The notes under the pieces were generated by a model. That model was given only the letters and a program-made list of their open reading frames with translations, was not told the DNA's origin and did no database searches. A stretch of 64,000 nt of DNA, taken from contig CAVTUQ010000029.1 in NCBI GenBank assembly GCA_963737905.1, positions 1-64,000 of the forward strand. Direction: 5' to 3'. Position 1 is the first letter of the stretch. Each line of letters opens with the position of its first letter. Shown here in pieces: positions 62,691 through 64,000 of the stretch. This DNA is from an uncultured delta proteobacterium. GTDB taxonomy: Bacteria; Desulfobacterota; Binatia; UBA9968. Position numbers and translations under genes: made by a program.

Positions 62691-62796
62691 TCGGTAACGC
62701 TACAAAAAACGTGACCGTCCTTTCTCCCGCACCGCCTTGAATCAGTTTCTATTTTAGATGGGCACGAATTTCACCTGGAGGAGTTCACATCAAGCC

Positions 62797-63861
62797 ATGA
62801 AACTAAGAGTCGGTAATGGTTGCTGGCATGCGGGCCACGTGCAAGCTGCGATGAACGCCCTGGAGGCGGGTTTCTTCGCGCAGGAGGGTTTGGACGTCGA
62901 AGTTGTCCACGCCAAGATCAACCCGAAGGGAATGGAGTCCAGCCGTCCTGACGGCGAGCGGTACGACGAAGTCGGCACCGTCGTGCGGGATATGATCGCT
63001 TTCAACATCGACATTATTCCCGACGTCCATGTGCGCACGCCCTTTGCCGAGCGCGCTCTGGGCAACGACGAGGTGCGCATTATCGGCGGCTGGCGCAACT
63101 GGTTTCCCGCCACCCTTGTCACAGCGCCGGGAATTAAATCGATCAAAGACCTCAGGGGGAGGCGCATCGGCGATTGGTACAAAGGCGGTATCGCCACTAT
63201 GTGGATCGAGCATCAGCTACGCAAAGTCGGTTTGAATCCGGACAAGGATGTGGAGTGGAAAGTCGGCTACAAGTACGGTTCGATGCGCGAAGCGTGGAAA
63301 CCCCTCCATGCCGGCGAAACGGATGCTGCGCTGGTGCGAAATCAGTTTGTTCCCGAGCTCTTAGAAAAAGGATTCAACAAGCTCTATGATTTTGTCGAAG
63401 ATAGCAAGCCGCACGGCCGGCCCGACCGCGTGACCGTAGCGCGTAAGTCTTTCATTGACCGCAATCCCGAGTTGATCAAGCGCTACTGGAAGGCGACGAT
63501 CCGCGGCTATCACTTCATGCGCATCGTGCCGGAGAACTATCCTTTTCAGCGCTTCGTGGAAGCCAAGATCCGCGTCAATAATCCTGATCCGTCGGAAAAT
63601 ATGCGTGACCTCCGCCCGATCCGGATTATGGAAAGCTCTTTTTTTCCGCTCGACGGACAGCTTACCGTTGAAGGAATCTGGCGTATCTTGGAAGAGCATC
63701 AGGATGCCGGCGTACTGGCAAAATCGATCACGCGGCGAGACGTGGAAGAAGTGGTGCGTCAGGAGCTGGTCCAAGAAGCCTGGCAAGAAATTTCTCAGAC
63801 GGACGAAGTGAAGCGCAATCTCGAACGGCTCCAGCCCGTGGTGGAGAAGTATGGGTATTAG
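62797..63861 (+). CDS. NMT1/THI5-like binding-fold protein without signal peptide
   Basis: GFFAQEGLDVEVV, IKDLRGRRIG, FIDRNPE; GGAGGAG RBS. Confidence 0.75.
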   Translation: MKLRVGNGCWHAGHVQAAMNALEAGFFAQEGLDVEVVHAKINPKGMESSRPDGERYDEVGTVVRDMIAFNIDIIPDVHVRTPFAERALGNDEVRIIGGWRNWFPATLVTAPGIKSIKDLRGRRIGDWYKGGIATMWIEHQLRKVGLNPDKDVEWKVGYKYGSMREAWKPLHAGETDAALVRNQFVPELLEKGFNKLYDFVEDSKPHGRPDRVTVARKSFIDRNPELIKRYWKATIRGYHFMRIVPENYPFQRFVEAKIRVNNPDPSENMRDLRPIRIMESSFFPLDGQLTVEGIWRILEEHQDAGVLAKSITRRDVEEVVRQELVQEAWQEISQTDEVKRNLERLQPVVEKYGY

Positions 63862-63924
63862 CGACTCACAGTGCGGTTCGATGTTTGGCCGGGAGGTCAT
63901 GACCAACGAAGCTAGGGAGGCCCG

Positions 63925-64000
63925 ATGATGAAAAAAGTCGTGCCACTCGTAATCTTCACGCTGTGGCACTTAAACCTCCTCGCCCAGGAGCCATTTTACC
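63925..64000 (+). CDS. Start of an exported protein, possibly TctC-like (runs off the window)
   Basis: GGAGG RBS; MMKKVVPLVIFTLWHLNLLAQEPFY. Confidence 0.45.
   Translation, partial: MMKKVVPLVIFTLWHLNLLAQEPFY

Noticed and set aside
1-64000. rRNA, tRNA, CRISPR arrays, prophage
   Set aside because: None recognised by eye; a selC tRNA was looked for near the FDH operon and not seen.

Overview
Bacterial chromosomal window. The expanded orphan ABC substrate-binding paralogs and AATCTAA/GTTCAA intergenic repeats suggest a Candidatus Binatia-like deltaproteobacterium (inference). Layout: (1) 1-5.3 kb is a decaying mobile zone with higBA between repeats, a Y1-transposase remnant, an SDR with an internal deletion, and an IS630 inside a cupin gene. 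(2) 5.4-37.5 kb is a general-stress/dormancy-type island: DUF4142, metallothionein, Hsp20, YihY, Gfo, DUF748, SYLF, cheB-cheR-kinase-receiver, a peptidoglycan-binding repeat protein, CsbD, dnaE2, katE, a selenocysteine formate dehydrogenase with NrfD, and a SleB-like hydrolase. Most of its transcription units have a correctly oriented sigma-54 (-24/-12) promoter (14 sites read by eye), which is the main finding. (3) 37.7-55 kb holds a hybrid kinase, two vapBC pairs among ABC_sub_bind paralogs, an ABAB array of NMT1-type binding proteins preceded by a candidate structured leader RNA, and an ATP-dependent ligase. (4) 57-64 kb is an aromatic-catabolism-like cluster. Many genes between 10 and 36 kb are frameshifted, probably from long-read indel errors. 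All family assignments come from motif recognition, not database searches.
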